Part shown: positions 62,000 through 64,000 of the stretch, piece after piece
How the letters are laid out: each line of letters begins with the position of its first letter
How positions within the stretch are numbered: the first letter of the stretch is position 1
DNA from: Eledone cirrhosa
Lineage: Eukaryota
NCBI GenBank assembly: GCA_964016885.1
Contig: CAXHJY010000973.1
Coordinates: forward strand, 248,001 to 312,000
Reading direction: 5' to 3'
DNA: 64,000 nt
Made by a program: the position numbers and the translations under genes
Notes under the pieces: model-generated
The model's database searches: none
What the model was told of the DNA's origin: nothing
The model's input: only the letters and a program-made list of their open reading frames with translations

Positions 62000-64000
62000 G
62001 AGATGTGAGCTCCCAGAACTGTCTAGGGAGTCAGGTGTGAGCTCCCAGAACTGTCTAGGGAGTCAGATGTGAGATGTGAGGGCCCAGAACTGTCTGGGGA
62101 CTCAGATGTGAGATGTGAGGGCCCAGAACTGTCTAGGGAGTCAGATGTGATATGTGAGGGCCCAGAACTGTCTAGGGAGTCAGATGTGATATGTGAGGGC
62201 CCAGAACTGTCTAGGGAGTCAGATGTGATATGTGAGGGCACAGAACTGTCTGGGGAGTCAGATGTGAGATGTGAGCTCCCAGAACTGTCTAGGGAGTCAG
62301 ATGTGAGATGTGAGGGCCCAGAACTGTCTGGGGAGTCAGATGTGAGATGTGAGCTCCCAGAACTGTCTAGGGAGTCAGATGTGAGATGTGAGGGCCCAGA
62401 ACTATCTGGGGACTCAGATGTGAGATGTGAGGGCCCAGAACTGTCTAGGGAGTCATGTGAGATGTGAGCTCCCAGAACTGTCTGGGGAGTCAGGTGTGAG
62501 CTCCCAGAACTGTCTAGGGAGTCAGATGTGAGATGTGAAGGCCCAGACCTGTCTGGGAAGTCAGATGTGAGATGTGAGGGCCCAGAACTGTCTAGGGAGT
62601 CAGATGTGAGATGTTAGGGCCCAGAACTGTCTGGGGAGTCAGATGTGAGATGTGAGCTCCCAGAACTGTCTAGGGAGTCAGATGTGATATGTGAGGGCCC
62701 AGAACTGTCTAGGGAGTCAGATGTGAGATGTTAGGGCCCAGAACTGTCTGGGGAGTCAGATGTGAGATGTGAACTCGCAGAACTGTTTGGGGAGTCAGAT
62801 GTGAGATGTGAGCTCCCAGAACTGTCTGGGGAGTCAGATGTGAGATGTGAGGGCCCAGAACTGTCTGGGGAGTCAGATGTGAGATGTGAGCTCCCAGAAC
62901 TGTCTAGAGAGTCAGATGTGAGATGTGAGCTCCCAGAACTATCTGGGGAGTCAGATGTGAGATGTGAGGGCCCAGAACTATCTGGGGAGTCAGATGTGAG
63001 ATGTGAGCTCCCAGAACTGTTTGGGGAGTCAGATGTGAGATGAGGGCCCAGAACTGTCTGGGGAGTCAGATGTGAGATGTGAGGGCCCAGAACTGTCTAG
63101 GGAGTCAGATGTGAGATGTTAGGGCCCAGAACTGTCTGGGGAGTCAGATGTGAGATGTGAGGGCACAGAACTGTCTGGGGAGTCAGATGTGAGATGTGAG
63201 CTCCCAGAACTGTCTGGGGAGTCAGATGTGAGATGTGAGCTCCCAGAACTGTCTAGGGAGTCTGTGAGATGTGAGGGCCCAGAACTGTCTAGGGAATCAA
63301 TGTGAGATGTTAGGGCCCAGAACTATCTAGCGAGTCAGATGTGAGATGTGAGGGCCCAGAACTGTCGAGGGAGTCAGATGTGAGAAGTGAGGGCCCAGAA
63401 CTGTCTAGGGAGTCAGGTGTGAGATGTCAGGGCCTAGAACTGTCTGGGGAGTCAGATGTGAGATGTGAGCTCCCAGAACTATCTGGGGAGTCAGATGTGA
63501 GATGTGAGCTCCCAGAACTGTTTGGGGAGTCAGATGTGAGATCCCAGAACTGTCTAGGGAGTCAGATGTGAGATGTGAGCTCCCAGAACTGTCTAGGGAG
63601 TCAGATGTGAGATGTGAGGGCACAGAACTGTCTGGGGAGTCAGATGTGAGATGTGAGCTCCCAGAACTGTCTAGGGAGTCAGATGTGAGATGTGAGGGCC
63701 CAGAACTGTCTAGGGAGTCAGATGTGAGATGTGAGCTCCCAGAACTGTCTGGGGAGTCAGGTTGAGCTCCCAGAACTGTCTAGGGAGTCAGATGTGAGAT
63801 GTGAGGGCACAGAACTGTCTGGGGTGTCAGATGTGAGATGTGAGCTCCCAGAACTGTCTAGGGAGTCAGATGTGAGATGTGAGGGCCCAGAACTGTCTAG
63901 GGAGTCACATGTGAGATGTGAGCTCCCAGAACTGTCTGGGGAGTCAGGTTGAGCTCGCAGAACTGTCTAGGGAGTCAGATGTGAGATGTGAGGGCCCAGA
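62000..64000 (+). repeat. Copy of the block at about 50280-52275 (also about 38690-40690), offset 11,724/11,725 bp
   Basis: ORFs 50345/62069, 51037/62762 and 51616/63341. The 1-bp offset change matches a G missing at about 50991 (GGGATCAG) but present at about 62716. Confidence 0.85.

Larger units (their letters stand above)
1..64000 (+). repeat. 39-bp tandem satellite / giant minisatellite array, about 1,650 monomers, continuing beyond both window edges
   Basis: The monomer GAGTCAGATGTGAGATGTGAG[GG/CT]CCCAGAACTGTCT[A/G]GG is read directly throughout, and the ORF track shows a 13-aa periodicity (VRCE[G/L]PELS[R/G]ESD). No non-repeat interruption or inversion was seen. Copy number is estimated from length divided by about 38.5. 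Confidence 0.99.

Noticed and set aside
220-63623. Minus-strand Ser/His/Pro-rich ORFs (SHLTSDSPDSSGP, HISHLTPQTVLG)
   Set aside because: These are the same monomer read in reverse, short and frameshifted, with no sign of frame conservation.
39-63952. Numerous + strand ORFs encoding (VRCE[G/L]PELS[R/G]ESD)n, as a giant repeat-protein or mucin-like exon
   Set aside because: 39 is a multiple of 3 and one consensus frame happens to lack stops. That frame is broken every few hundred bases by TAG variants and -1, -2, -7 and -8 indels. The longest ORF is 184 aa, most starts are GTG, and there is no unique domain.
1-64000. CRISPR array (37-39 bp unit with an internal hairpin)
   Set aside because: Monomers abut directly with no unique spacers, and there is no leader or cas gene.
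1-64000. True telomeric or interstitial telomeric tract
   Set aside because: TTAGGG occurs only as isolated single hexamers inside the 39-mer, never in tandem.
1-64000. Canonical G-quadruplex array
   Set aside because: G-runs are separated by about 12-20 nt or more, CT-type monomers lose one run, and the CCC-containing hairpin would compete.
1-64000. Nucleosome-scale periodicity (4x39=156, 5x39=195 bp)
   Set aside because: No 4- or 5-monomer regularity is visible in the variant order, so this is only a numerical coincidence.
1-64000. C2H2 zinc-finger or PRDM9-like coding minisatellite
   Set aside because: The unit is 39 bp rather than 84 bp, with a single Cys and no CxxC...HxxxH pattern.

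Overview
The whole 64 kb window is one uninterrupted, head-to-tail tandem array of a 39-bp monomer, consensus GAGTCAGATGTGAGATGTGAG[GG/CT]CCCAGAACTGTCT[A/G]GG. There are roughly 1,650 copies, all in one orientation, and neither array end is visible. I see no unique sequence, credible gene, RNA gene, mobile element or CRISPR spacer. Every listed ORF is the 13-codon monomer read in frame and is broken by stops and frameshifts. The information lies in the order of variant monomers. This order reveals nested or overlapping, near-perfect tandem duplications of 18,918, 11,587 and 3,716 bp with junctions that can be placed to within 19-40 bp, older 0.6-2 kb duplications, and a recurring cassette of variants. 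The monomer contains a 7-bp internal direct repeat, a quasi-palindromic hairpin, an E-box, a SMAD-like GTCT box and two NNNGGG hexamers whose variants match telomere variant repeats. It looks like a eukaryotic, probably vertebrate, satellite or giant minisatellite. I cannot name the family or organism from sequence alone, and functional readings below are inference.
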